Origin: Takakia lepidozioides
Taxonomy: Eukaryota; Plantae; Bryophyta
Assembly: GCA_030704615.1 (NCBI GenBank)
Contig: CM060733.1
Span: 41,602,001 to 41,666,000, forward strand
Reading direction: 5' to 3'
Length of the DNA stretch: 64,000 nt
Shown: positions 26,776 to 40,303 of the stretch, piece after piece
How the letters are laid out: each line of letters begins with the position of its first letter
Position numbering within the stretch: position 1 is the stretch's first letter
Position numbers and translations under genes: made by a program
Notes under the pieces: model-generated
The model's database searches: none
The model's input: only the letters and a program-made list of their open reading frames with translations
Told to the model about the DNA's origin: nothing

Positions 26776-29700
26776 TGAGGTGTGCGGTTTAGGCCATTTT
26801 CACCTTCAGTGTCTTCTGAGGAAGGTTCAGACTCGGAGTCAGGAAGATTCTCGCCGAGGGTGCAATTCATTTCCATGCCATTGTTGTGGGACACGATGGA
26901 GGAGATGTATGGAGCTACCAAGGGGCCACGTAGGTACTCTAGAGCTGTGGGCACCATCGAGCTTAATGACTTTATATAAGAGTTTGACAGTTGGTGTGAT
27001 TTGCAGCAAATGCGCAATCCACAACTGTTTACGCCCTTTATGGCATGGAAGGGGCTATTCCAGCACCTTGAGGGGCCGCCCATGGATGATTACCATGAAT
27101 TTAGGCGGGGACATGCAGTGGAGATTGAGGAGTGGCGAGAGTATTGGTCACCTAACTATGTCTCAATCACTAGAGGCACAAGGGCAGCGGTGACACCAGC
27201 AGCTACACAAACATCTCCAACTACAAGTACTAGTAGTGGAATAAGTAGTGTCGGTACTTCTGCAGGTGGTACCAGTTCAAAAAGTGCTACTACTCCTCCT
27301 GCCACGACTACAACACATGTGCCTAGATTCAACCCGGTGCTGGAGTTCTTCTAGGAGTTGCGGAGGAACTACCAAGGTGTACGGACAGAGAAGCTGCGAA
27401 GTTTGCAAGACTTCCAGTGCAAATCCAGTGAGAGCTTGCGAGAGGCCTACACTCGTATGAGGCGCTTGATAAGTGTGACCCAAGGGGTTACTGAAGCTCA
27501 GGCAGTCCAGTTGTGGTATGGAATTTTGGACAATGAGCTCAGGAGAAGGGTGCGGGATGCAACCCTGTTACAAGCGGCCCAACCCACATTAGCGGATGTG
27601 TTTCTGCTGGCTGAGTGGATTGAGCTCGACATGGTGGAGGAGCGAGTTATTACCGTTGAATTTGGCAAGGACATGCCTGCACAAGGCGCAGCTGCCAGCC
27701 AACATATACAAGGGACTGCCCAACAGCATGGTCAGGGGGGCAAGGTTGCCCAACCCAAATTCCATGGAGCTTACAGGGGACCTCAGGTGCAGAGGCCAGT
27801 AGTTTCTTTTGCAGGCCAACAGCAACCAGGGGTGGTATGTTGGACATGTGGAGGACCCCATGTCAAGAAAGATTGCCCAGAAAGTGGCAAAGGGCCAGCA
27901 CAAGCACAGCCTGCACAATTGCAGTGTGGGCATTGTGGCAAGTATGGGCATGGAGATGCCCAGTGTTATGACTTGCACCCTGAGTTGCGGCGAGGCCAGT
28001 TCCAAGGGAACGATGGTGGCCGAGGGCAAAGTGGAGCACCTCAGAGAGGACAAGGTGCTCAGGCACAAGGTGCAAGACGAGGGCAAGCACAGTATGGCCA
28101 AGGACGTGGAGGTCAGGGCGTTGACCAAGGTATGGCCAACCGGCTTCAGCAACGGCTCGCTGCCATGGCCACAGCTCAGGTGGTACCAGCTCCAAGACCT
28201 GAGGGTCCACCTTCTGTTCCTCCTCAGCAGCGTCATCCTGACGGAGGAGACATGGGAGGCATGGGATTTATGTGTGGGGCAGCACTACCACTAGTGCAGG
28301 TGGAGTCTGTTGCAGGCGTCACCCGAGGAGTAGCACGAGTTCTTGAGCCACGAGGTGCAGAGGTGGAGTTGGACTCACAACGTGGGGAGGCAAGCCGTCA
28401 GGCTAGGTTGCCTCAATCATTCATCTTGGCGGAGACAGTGTCGACGACATCCATGGCACCTAATTCTCGCCCCACGGATACCGAGGCGGAGGTTATTGTG
28501 CCATTGGGAAGAGCTACACGTGCAGCACTGACACCTGCTGCCAAGGCTAGTGCAGCCAGTGTGTTGTTGGGGGCGGCCACCTTTGTGTGTCAAGCCCCAC
28601 TGTTCTCGGCAACCATGATTGCGACGCCGGGGGTAAGACCAGCTGCAGTATTCAGACTAGCAGCAACACTCTGTGAGAGTGAGGAGGTCACTACATCTTC
28701 TGCGGAGTTAGTGGAAGGTGTAGTGGCAGAGGGATCCTTGGATTTGAGGGTCAAGACTGCCACGGCTACGCCATGGCAAGCTGCAGCTGCCAGGTTGACG
28801 GAGTTACCAGCTAGGCCAGCCTTTGAGCGCGCCATGGTGACACCTAGAGTTGTCTTGTTAGACAACCAGGATGACATTTTCTCTTTGAATGGACCGGCAG
28901 GCAAGAGGTACCGGCCACTGCGGGTCTTGTTGGACTGGGGAGCTCAGCCACTGATGTTGGGCAAAGCCGCTATTGCAGGTTTGGGCCTCATGGAGGCGGA
29001 TATGGAGCCTTGTCCTTTCCAGATACAGACTTCTCTAGGAGGATCAGAGCAGGCTCGGGGCATGATACGGTGTGAGTTGGCCATTAGACTACAGCCGGAT
29101 CATCCTATGTATGGCTCAGTGATGTGAGCCAAGGTCATTGTGACAGACGCGGTCTTTTACGATGTCCTTGTTGGTGGGGCAGTGTTGTATCCCATGGGCT
29201 TCACCCTGGATTTTTGGGAGGAGTTAGCATCCTACAGGCCTGGATGGCAGTCAGGGGATGGTCGTCGTGTACAGCTCCCTGTGACGTTCATTGGGGGTGT
29301 TGTTGTTGCCCAACGGGGCAAGATGCCAACACTAGCAGCCTTCACAGCTGCAGTTAGTTGGCCTGGAGAGTTGCTGGAGGGCAATGCCCATGCAGAGGAT
29401 GTGCCACCTCCAGCAGAGCAGGATGACATGCATGGTATGGCGGAGTTGCTTGCCATGGTTGCTTACACTCCATTGTGGGGTACGAGCAAGGATTTGCAGC
29501 AGGCTGCTGATAGACGGGTGCAACAAGCCTGGGTAGAGGCCTTTGTACCGTCAGGAGAGGAGGAGAGTGCGGTGATTGCACCAGGACCACCTCAGTTGTC
29601 GCCATTGGACACCACACCTCTTGTGTGGCAGTGCCCGGATGAAGGCATATGCCTTCTGGACTTGTTTGGCGGGATTAGCAGTGGATTAGCTGCAGTGCTG

Positions 29701-30898
29701 CAGGCAAGTGTACGAGTACGATGTTACCTATATGTGGAGAGGGATGAGACTGCATGACGCGTCTCACTGCGTTATGTTGCTCAGTTGGTGCAGCAGTACC
29801 CTGATTTGTTGCCAGTGTCTGCAGTTTGTGGATACCAACAAGCATTGCCAGTAGATATCTCCTTGCTGGGGGCGCATGATTTGGAACGGGTTGGCCCTAT
29901 TCACTTAGTAGTGGCAGGTTGGCCCTGCCAAGGGCTTTCATCAGCTGGGTATGGCAATGGGTTACAAGACTCAAGGTCACGCCTGTTTTGGGAAATATTG
30001 AGGGTCCTGCGCTATTTACAACTTCAGTAGTCAAACTCTCCGGCATATATGTTGGAGAATGTGCCATTGATGGGTGATTCTCGGGCCAAGGTGATGGCCA
30101 GTGTACATCAAGTGCGGTCTTGGCTTGGGTCAGCAGTGTTGCTGGATGCAGCTTCAGTGGGGTCACGGGCTCATCGCCCACGACTATGGTGGACCACCTT
30201 GATACCACCTGCATTGCTCAAACGTGCATTTAATGGGGGTGCAACGGCCATCAAACCTGACGGTGGATAGCATTTTGGACATAGGGAGGCAGTCTGAGCG
30301 TGTGAGACACGATGACCGATCACCTTTGGCAGTGGTCAATAAGGTGGGTCACCCACGAGCAGCATTGCCTACACTGCTCAGCTTTCCAGGATCTCATGCT
30401 TTCTGGGATGGTGGACCTGGCCTCTTGTGGGATAGCCAGTTGCAATAGTTAGTGGAGCCCAATGCTGACGAGCGCGAGCGGGCAATGGGTTTCACCACTG
30501 GTACCACGGCGGTGCCATCTCTTTCTGAGGCATCACGTCGTCAGGTGTTGGGGCAAGCAATGGATCTCAATTGCTTGACATGGATTATTAGCTTGGCTAT
30601 GGCTGAGCAGCGCAAAGTACGGAGTACACTTCCCTTGATGGTCTCCCTGCCTACCGAGACGATACAGGCAGCGAGTGGGGGCGAACAGGTGAGGACCACA
30701 AGGTGCAGGCCACATCCATGGCACACGTGGGAGGTGCTCGAGGTTCAAAAGGAGTTGGCAGCTAAGGCGGCCGTGATGGATGAGGTTGGGGATTTTTCTC
30801 GGGTTGAGGAGGTCCTCAAGGATGGGATGATGGGGCAGGATGAGACATTGTCACTGACAGAGGAGGCAGTGGTTATTACTCAAGAGGTTGCAGCATAG
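26776..30898 (+). pseudogene. Element A Gag-protease-DNA methyltransferase polyprotein (premature stops, one frameshift near 30235)
   Basis: ORFs 26782, 27001, 27358, 29140, 29785 and 30049 share one frame. Zinc knuckles CWTCGGPHVKKDC and CGHCGKYGHGDAQC; protease LLD(W/S)GAQ; DNMT motifs follow. Confidence 0.88.
29641..30600 (+). pseudogene. C5 cytosine DNA methyltransferase domain (DNMT3/DRM-like), element A
   Basis: Motif I LDLFGG, II YVERD, IV VVAGWPCQG, VI MLENV, VIII AHRPRLWW, IX ERERAMGF, X RRQVLGQAM. Confidence 0.92.
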
Positions 30899-32290
30899 CA
30901 ACCACGGGACGCGTCTTCTACCTCTAAGCCTGCTGGACTCAAGGTTGCAGTCACAGAGGACAATTGGGAGCCTGATGTTGGACCTATAGTCACCGGAGGA
31001 GAAAGACGACGTATACGGCGGTTCTTGAGGGCTTACAGGAATTGCTTTACCTTCAGTTTGAAGGACTTAGGAGCACTGAAGGGTCAAGAGTTTCGCATTG
31101 AATTGGCTACTGATACGCCAATCTTTCGGAGACCCTATAGATACAGTGACATGGAGAGGTCCTTGATTCAGATGAAAACTCAGGACCTTTGGGAGGCTGG
31201 TTTGGTGGAGTTATCTGGGGGAGAGTATGCTTCAGCCACAGTGATGCAGCCAAGAAGGATGTCTATGGCAATTGGACGGAGAGACGTATGTGTGTTACCG
31301 GCCTGTAAATCGTCAGACCAAGTCCGATAGGTATGCCATGCCGACACCAGAGGAGATCTTTGATGCCATTGGGCATGCCAAGGTCTTTAGCACTTTGGAT
31401 TTACGATCCGGATATCACCAGTTGCCGATCAAGGAGGCGGATAAGCAGAAGACGACATTTTGGGGGATCAATGAGCACGGGAAGGATTGCCTATACCAGT
31501 GGCGGTTCTTACCATTTGGGCTGAAGAACGCTCCGGAAGAGTTTCAGAGAGTCATGGACAGGATTCTAGCAGGGGTGGAGTTTGATCGGTGCTACATAGA
31601 TGACATCATCATCTTTAGTGCTACGGTGGAGGAGCATGAGAGACACCTTCAGGTGATATTTGAGCGCTTGAGGGCGCACGGATTGAAGTTACATCCGGGG
31701 AAGTGCAAGTTTTTCCACAACCAAATTGAGTATCTAGGTCACATGATATATCCTGGAGGATTGGGGGTATAGCAGACTAAGGTAGAGTCCATTGCACAGA
31801 TTCCACGCCCCACGGATGTGAGCCGAGTTCGAGCTTTCATGGGGTTAGCAAACTATTATAGACAGTTTGTTAAGGGATTTAGTGCCATTGCAAAGGCTCT
31901 AACCAAACTGACCAAGGTGGACTAGGAGTGGCAGTGGGAAGATGAGCAAGAACAAGCTTTTCAAGAGCTCAAGGCGAGGTTGACCTTGGCGCCCATCTTG
32001 AGACGACCTATCAGGGGGCGTCCTTTTCAGCTGCATACAGATTGGAGCATGCTGGGGCTTGGAGCGGTGCTCACACAGGTGGATGATGAGGGAAGAGAGT
32101 TTGTAGTAGCTTATGCTAGCCGCTCGAACAATGCTGCAGAGTCTAAGTATAGCTCATATGAGGGAGAATGCTTAGCTGCAGTTGGGCCGTGGCACACTTC
32201 AGGTGCTATCTATACGGCAATCTCTTCACCCTTGTCACGGATCACCAACCACTCAAGTGGTTGATGGAGTCAGACAAGCTTACGGGGAAG
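30899..32290 (+). pseudogene. Element A RT and RNase H (cut by the P-like insertion at 32290)
   Basis: LDLRSGYHQ, LPFGLKNAP, YIDD, TDWS, AYASR, YEGECLA motifs. Confidence 0.92.
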
Positions 32291-32669
32291 CCTGGGGGGT
32301 GCACTCCTCATTAAATGTACCAGCCACGTGCGTGCACAGGAGGGGGTATTTTAAACCCCCCCATGTACAACATTATACATACAGAGGGGGGTTTAAAACA
32401 CCTTAAATATAATTTTACAGGAGGGGGTTGTTGAGTTTTAAGGGATAGTGTAGTGGTAAGAATGACGATTACGCCGCGATGCACCGCGGGATCGTCGTTT
32501 TGTTTGTTTGTGTTTTTTTTCGCTCCACGATCTTTCTCCCCTGACCTCCCGCGGCTTTCTCTTTTCTTTCTCCTCCTCTCCCGCGTTCGCCTTCCCTTCC
32601 GCGGGCTTTCTCTTTTCCCTCCTCTCCTCTCCCCTCCTCTCCACAGGGCATGGTAGGACAATGTGGTGA

Positions 32670-35600
32670 GGGCACCTTCTTCTTCGACCTATTTCAGTAA
32701 GCTCATTTCCCTTTGAATGCCTTGCTGCATAGGCTCGTTGCTGTGCCTTCTGTGCTGAACCTACACTGTCCCGCAATGTGCTTTGAAGCTCATGAATTAG
32801 CGTGATCTCTTCCTCCATCATCCTTCGCCTTGCTGCCTGGTCATCAGTGAGCTCCACTAGCTCCGCAATCTGTCGACACCTGTTGTCTTTTGGTTTTCCA
32901 TGAATTGCAATTATTCTCTGCCTCAATCTTCCGGTCATGTGTTCTACCAGATCGTCGGGCAGATCGTTGTAGTGTGGGTAACGTAGCGCCAGGTGCGCCC
33001 AACATCCTTTCTTTTGTGTCCAATATCCATAGATAAACACAAATGGCAGTTTCTCCGCTCCTCCGTATTCTTCCGTCACTGAGTGCATCAATCGCGTTTG
33101 TAGTTCAGTTATAACTGCTGCCCCCCATACATTCTTCCCTTCACTGCACGTGGTGCTCATGCTTGACGTTTCATGGGTATGTTCTCCAGTGCTCGTCGTG
33201 TATGTTCTACTTTCGCCGTTTTCCGTTGCATTTCCGCTTGTGAGATTTTGCCCTGCTTGCCTTCTCGTTCTTCCCTTGTGTAATTAGGCTCTTCACCAGT
33301 CTGAAAATAATACCCTTCTGCCTTCAAATGCACCTTTTCTTTACATCTTTCGGATCGTGTTTGAACCATGTTGATTCGGGACAGGTCTCTCTCCTCATTC
33401 ACCATATGTCGCAGCTCCTTGCCAACCAGCATCCCTCGGCAGATATTCCATGCTGCCATCATGTTGCTCCACTTGTATCTTTAGTTGTAGTGACAGTTGC
33501 TTGGTTCGCCGTTGTGTTTGCAGCCCGAAGGTCATCCCACACCTGCTCAGCTGCTCTTCTGCTTACTGGGTACCCCTGTTCCCTTCTTGTGATCTCTAGC
33601 ATATCCCAATTAGCAGTAAGTGACCTCCTTGTGCCTCCCTTCCTTTTGCACTTGCACCGTATTACCCTCCTTTCACATACAAGGACTATAGTTTCCTTCC
33701 CTTGCTTGTGTAATTGCTGATTTCTTCAAAAGAAAGTTGTTTCATTGCCCCTAAGCAACTCACTGTATCAGGCCTATTCTCCTCCTTATTCCCCTTTCCG
33801 TTGGAATGAGCTGCACGTGTTTTCCATGCAGACATACCATTTCTTCTTCTTGCAGGACCCTTTGCCCAACCCTGTTATTTCTATCATTTGTGCCATTCTC
33901 TTTGCGTTTCCACAACCTCCCCTCATTGCCAGTGAAGTGTTTCCTTCTCTTCCCTGTGTCTTTAAAGACACTCCAACTCTTAGCTGCAGTACCCTTCGCT
34001 GATTTCTTATTGCCTTTGACCTCATGTATGTTTTCAATCATGTTTGAAGGGTGATCACTTGCTGCCATATGCATGACTGTGTCCTTGACTGCTTCTCTTG
34101 TCTCAGTATGATGTTTAATTGTTGTCATGTCAGGCCGTGCTCAGCTGCACCGTGGTGTCTTCGTGGTGGTTTGGAGTGACTTTGCAGATACTGTCGATGT
34201 GGCAGCAGGAAAGTACCCAAAAACAGATAACAGAGATGAAGATAAGCTTTGGAATGAACACTTTTCTGACATGCAATTTAGAGTTGGAACTACTGTAATA
34301 AGTAGGGTTTGGGGTGTTTACTGAAAGAACTTCACGCCGTGAGTGTCAGCTGCTAACAGCAAGGCTGAGGATATATTCATGATTTGTTCACAGGCAGGGA
34401 TAGCTGAAGACCAGGGATAGAGGTCCAGATTCATCCAAGAGGGCCGGATTTCACACACAAGATTACGTCTGATTCCCTGTGGATCAATAGCTACAAGAAA
34501 TCTGTCTGGGTAGATGGTCAACTGGAAACAACAGCGGCAACAACGGTTGTAGAGCAAGGACTACTGATAAAGGTACCTTCTTCAACACATTTGTGGTGAG
34601 GTCACCTTCTTCTTCGACCTATTTCAGCCTGTTTTTCCCTCTCATCAGACTCATTAGCTCATTGGGATGATCTGTGGTGGTTTGGAGTGACTTTGCAAGT
34701 TACTGTCGAAGTGGCAGCAAGAAAGTACACAAAAACAGATAACAGATTGTACTCATAAGACGTTGTTTGCCGTAGCCTTGTGGCCATTGACCCCGCGCAC
34801 AGTTTGAGCGGGAACAAAAGGGACAGAACCTACCTCTGTCAGGGGCTGCTGTGTGTGATTTGCCCAAAAACTAGGCCTCAGGAGGGCCTAGGCTTTTGGC
34901 TCAGCCTCAAGACTTCCAAAGTTGGTAAACAGGGGTACAGGCACAATTCCCTTGATAGATTTGAAGAGAGCGTCTCTTTGGTGAGAGAACCCCGGACACT
35001 GTATCAGAAAATGAATATTGTCTTCAGATTGCCCACACAATGGGAAGTGCACTCCCCCTTTCCTCTCTGCTTCTGTTTGCTCTTCAAAGGTAGGCTTCCT
35101 TCCCTGAGTTTAAATTTCAGTCTAGTGCCGAGAGTGGGTGGACCCTTGAGGTCATCCAAGATGTCCTCCCCCATGTCAATGACTAGAAACAAGTTCAGGG
35201 AAGTTTTCTGCCTAACTTCATTTTCATCAGACAATCTCATGGCAACAGACATGGCTTTGGACACTACAGCCTCTAAGTCGGATTTATCTAGCAGGGTCAA
35301 GACTTGCGGATCCAGGTCCAGGTCCTTGAGAATCTCTTCTACTCTGGTGTTGGGAAAACACCTTTTGATCTCAGTCCAAACCAGGAAGTGGTCAGAGGTA
35401 CCAATATCAGTTCTGTCGATCAACACATTGGCACACTGGGGGAACAAAATTTTGTCCATTATGATATAGTCCACAATGGAACGTTCCCCAGTTTGGGATT
35501 TCTCACGAGTCCACTGCACTTGGTCACCTCTTGTCTTGTTATTCAAGGTCAAAAGCTGAAGCTCTTCCAGACAGTTAATTAACCGTCTGCCATTAGAATT

Positions 35601-35690
35601 CAGCTCGTCCTCACCAGAAGACCCAATGATATCGTCCTGATGGAGCCCTTTGCCCACTTGGGCATTGAAGTCACCCTGCAATAGCACCAC
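32670..35690 (-). pseudogene. Scrambled LINE fragments carried inside the P-like element (AP endonuclease pieces)
   Basis: 35690-35300 LQGDFNA...SIVDYI...TSDHFLV matches APE motifs. 33462-33300 AWNICRG..ELR..INMVQT resembles the APE N-terminus. Confidence 0.7.
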
Positions 35691-36310
35691 AGAGATGAAG
35701 AGAAGCTTTGGAATGAGACACTTTTCTGACCCCAGTCAATGGTGGGACAATGTGGGTGGATGGTCAACTGGAAACAGCAGCGGCAATAGCGCAATTGATA
35801 GAGCAAGGCACTGCTGATGAAGGTACCTTCTTCAACACATTTCAGCCTGAGGGCACCTTCTGGTTTGACCTGTTTCAGCCTGTTTTTCCCTCTCATCAGA
35901 CTTAGCCCTGAAGCATATGTATTGAATTCTGTAAGTTAGCTTGTTGGGTGGATCTGCAGTGCTTTGGAGTGACTTTGCAAGTTACTGCCGAGGTGGCAGC
36001 ATGACAGTACCTAAAAAAAGATAATAGAGATGGAGAGAATCTTTCAAGGAATGGATACTTTTCTGACCCCAGTCAGTGGTGGGACAATGTAGGAGATGGT
36101 CAACTGGAAATAGCAGCGGCAACAGCGCAATTGATAGAACAAGGGACTGCTAATGAAGGTACCTTCTTCAACACATTTCAGCCTGTTTTTCCCTGTTATC
36201 ATAGTCGTCCCTAAATTTCCAGATGGCCGGATTCCAAGCTCCAGATTACCTATGATTCCATGTGGAAGGATAGCTACAAGAAACCTGCATGGGTAGATGG
36301 TCAACTGGAA
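34150..36310 (+). repeat. Shuffled modular repeats
   Basis: ttggagtgactttgca..gtggcagca at about 34170, 34680 and 35965; gatggtcaactggaa at 34513, 35759, 36096 and 36297. Confidence 0.7.
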
Positions 36311-36831
36311 GCCACTGTAGCAGCTGCAGAGGCATGATGTACGCATTGTTAGTGTGGAGGGAGGGGTAGCTGTTGATGCAGGGAGAGGATCGTGGGTGCA
36401 AAAATCATCCAAGAGGGCCAGATTTGGAGCAAGGAACAGTGCTGGCAGGAGTTCTATAAATATGATCCACAGTGGTGGGACAATATTGTCAACAAGGTGA
36501 GCTTTCTTCATGCAACATCATAGGGAGTTGACAGAACTTTGTATTTAAATATGTTAGTGTGGAGGGAGGGCTAGCCGCTGATGCAAGGATGGACTGTGAG
36601 TTCAGGATCACCCAAGAGGGCTACCAGCAGTGGAAGTAGCAGCACTTGGTCAATAGCAGCAGCAAGAATTAGCAGCGTCAAACTCATCAATCAGGTACTT
36701 GCTTCTGTACACATTTCATCCTCTTATCAACGTAGTCCCTGCTTGGACAGCCTATAGGGCTGTATAAAACAGGACTTTGGAACCTTCCAACCCGGGTGCT
36801 TTGTTATTGGTCTATCAAGGTCTGATTTGAA

Positions 36832-39800
36832 ATGTTTTCATTGCATTTTGCAGGTGAACTCATCATGGAAGAAGAGTTGGAAGTAAAAGTCCTGCTCATT
36901 GGAGGAGATGCATCACCAAACAGGCTTGGTTCTGTGTTCACTATGCAAGGTGTCACATACAAATGCATCCGAGCAGAAATTCTAGGTGATGAGCTTGTCT
37001 CAGGAAAATTTCCTTTCCTTTCCATGGGGGGTAGTGTCCTTTCAGCCAAGCAGGAAGAGATGATGGTTCTGAAAGGGGATACTATACACATTAAGATTTC
37101 AGACCAAAATGATGGGGACCAAGGATTGAAAAGACCTCTATCTTCGAGTGGCTCTACGATCTTGCATGAGGACAGACCAGGCGAGGACCCGGCACCAGTG
37201 TCTAAAAAGATGAGGATGGACCCTGATACACCCTTTGCTGGCGATGGTGGAAATGAAGACCATGCACATGAGCATGCACTTCAGCAAAGATATGGTAGAT
37301 TGTGCAGCACGTTGGCTACATCCAGCGATATTCAAAAATGGCAGAAAGAGATTAGAGCCGTTGAAAGGAAAATCTCTGCAGAAGGACGATGTGACAAGTT
37401 TGAGCTCATGACAAAGGATCAACAAGGACAAGCAATGTTCCACATATGGTGTGTTGAGTGTGAGGATGTTTATGCACGGTATGGGAAAAACAAACCATAT
37501 GATGCATGTGCAAACTTTATGAGATCTCATTTGAGGAGTGAGGGGCATCGCATAGCCTATGAGAGGCGTCATGGGAAGGGTTCATCACAATGTGTCATCA
37601 GCCCTGTAAATGCAGATGAAGCATTAGATGCAAAGAAGAACAGGGTGAAGGAGGCATTAGAGGAAGTCACTCGGTTTTGTGAGGACAATCTTGGACAGAT
37701 TGAGATTGTGGAAGCCACAATTGGAGACTATTCGCAGTTGGGTTCCATAAGGATTAAGTGCGCACTTGATTCGAAGTGGCTACTCTTGTTTCCAAGGACA
37801 GGTTCTTTGCAATCTTCTTTGACAGAGCATGTGAAAGGAAAAACTCATGTCGATGCAGAGATTTGCCAGAAGGTTGGCAGTAGTGAAGGACTGTGCAAAA
37901 AGAGAGGAAGGCCTCCAAAGCCTATGATTGCCAAAGATGTAAAGCAACGGGATCTAAGCTCTTTCTTGGTCAGTCAACTTGTGTTGCCGTCCCCACCACT
38001 TGACAATCCAATTGTGGCATCAACAATGGGAGCATCCTCGTCACAAACTCCATACACTTGTGTTGACGCTACCCAACGGGCAGATCTGATTGAGGATTGA
38101 CAATTACAGCGACGGTCCCAATGCAACAAAGGAAGAGACAGTTTGTGTTGGGGCCTATGGGATGAATGGTGGGAGTACAACCACAAGAGAATAAGTCTGA
38201 AACCATTCCTTCAAGATAGCAAGGGAGGAAAGAAGTGGTATGTCGAGCCGTTGACACATGCAACCATCACTCTAAACAATCAAGAGCATAAGGTTGTTGG
38301 TACGTTTCGGCACGCGGATTGTTTTAGAGTGTCATTGGATGGGGAGCTATTTCCAAACTTGAGGTGTTCAACATGTTCTTCCATTCCCTTGGAAAATGAT
38401 TTCAGAATGAGGGTATATAGAGAGAGAGGTGCCATGGAATGTAGAGGGGAGAGAGATACTGGCAAGGGAAGAAGGTTGTCATATCTTGGAAATGCCGAGA
38501 TTGTCAAACAAGTTTACAAAAACAGACAGGAGTTGAGGTAGTTGAGGTTCAAATTGTGGGAGGCCAGGACCAAAGTGGCATCCTTGTCTGTGCGATGTAG
38601 GAGTTTGAAGGAGTCTGGGATTGAGGCAATTGAAAGAGGAGACATTCTCAAATTTTGTCGTGATATTGTTGATGCACATAGGAGGGAGGATTTTGAAGGA
38701 AAAGAAAGTTTGTGGGATTTTCTTGTTGATATGGGCAAGAATATTGACAGGTCTCCACAAGAGAAGAGGTATGGTACTAGCACAAAAACAATGTTTGAGA
38801 CTGTGCAGCTTTGGGGGGGGTCCGAGATTGCATCATTTTGGCTTCAAATGTGGGGGGTCCTTCTATTGATACTACAAGACGGTCTTTGAGGAAAGGTTTG
38901 AAGTATAGAGCGGGAGAAACATATGATATATTTCAGCATGTGGCTGGAATTTACAGAGATGTGATGGAAGATGCAAATATTCCAATGGGAAGCATCCCAG
39001 TGATGGTGGCCAAAGATGAAACTGTTGTGAAGCGATTGGTACGTTGGATTGCTAGGGATGACACCCTTCTCGGGTTTTGTGGGCTTCAAGACAACCATGT
39101 ATGTATTTCAAATTTTGTGGTGCAAGTGGGAGAAGGGGAATCAGGGTACGAACATATTGTGGAGGCATTAAAAAACAATGTGGTTGTCCATTACGCCAGA
39201 GTGTTGATAGCAAATCCTCTACATGTACGGTTACCTCGATTGGTATTAGTAATCCAGCTCACTTGCAATAGATTTGACAACAATTTTGTGAGATCACAAT
39301 GGGAAGTGGTGAGATAGTTGTGGGACAAATATGTGAGGGACGTGGTTGGGCCTATAATTGGGCATGCTTCAGACGGAGATAGTAGGAGGAGAAAAGTGAT
39401 GTTAGAAGATTATGCCAATGGGGCTGGAAGTAGATTTTGCATCCTTTGGGAAGGATGGTTGTTTACAGGTCGAGTGTGCAACGGGGGAGATATATACGGA
39501 CTCCATGATCAAGACTTCATCCACAAAGAGAAAAAATTGGTAAATCCCTTGGACAGTGCATCACGGACTTTGGTGTTGGGTGATGAGGTTGCTACATTGA
39601 ATCATGTGTTATTGGTCTACCATTCATTTTCAATGGACAAGCATGGACTTCGGGAATGTGATATCAAAAGAGAAGATCGACAGAATTGGGCAGCAGCTCA
39701 ACGACTGGCATCTCGGAAGGTGCAAGCTTGTTTGAGGGAGTTACAATCAACTGTGAATCATCGAAGAGAGAGGACCAAAAGTACTGAAATTTACCTATAC

Positions 39801-40303
39801 ATCATTTCATGCTACATCGACATTTTTTTGTCTCCTCACATGTCATTGTGTGAGAGGGTACAATTTGCTGCGAAGGTATCGTTTTTTTTCAGATTGTGGA
39901 AGTTGTGGCTATTCCACCACGAGGTGTATAATCTGAAATCCTTCTTCATTAGCAGGGAAGCATACTTGGATTTACAAATTTCATGCCACTACGTGGTTCT
40001 ACTTATCAAATTGTTCAAGGATAAGTTTAATCATGTGCAAGTTCTTTTGAGCCTTGTTGGTTCAGATGTGTGTGAAATATTCTTCAGCAAAGTGGGAGGT
40101 ATGTTACGGAATGAGAAGACATATGACGGGTGTGATTTGATTGAGAGTGCGGGAGCATTAACACGCATATCCAAGTTCGAGGTGAATCCAAAAGGACCCA
40201 AGTTCTCAAGAGCTCACAAGAAACAAGAACACATTTGGTCTTCTTTGGAGAAGAAGCCAGGTATCCCCCTTGCTGATTTGTCCAACTTTTCTACTGTCCA
40301 ATC
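36832..40303 (+). pseudogene. P-like transposase, N-terminal and catalytic part (stops and frameshifts)
   Basis: C2H2-like fingers (CVEC..H..H) and an AT-hook KRGRP. Catalytic-type motifs KDET, ASDGD, DFIHKEKKLVN (DxxH..K), DRQNWAAAQRL and SDVCEIFFS. Confidence 0.75.
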
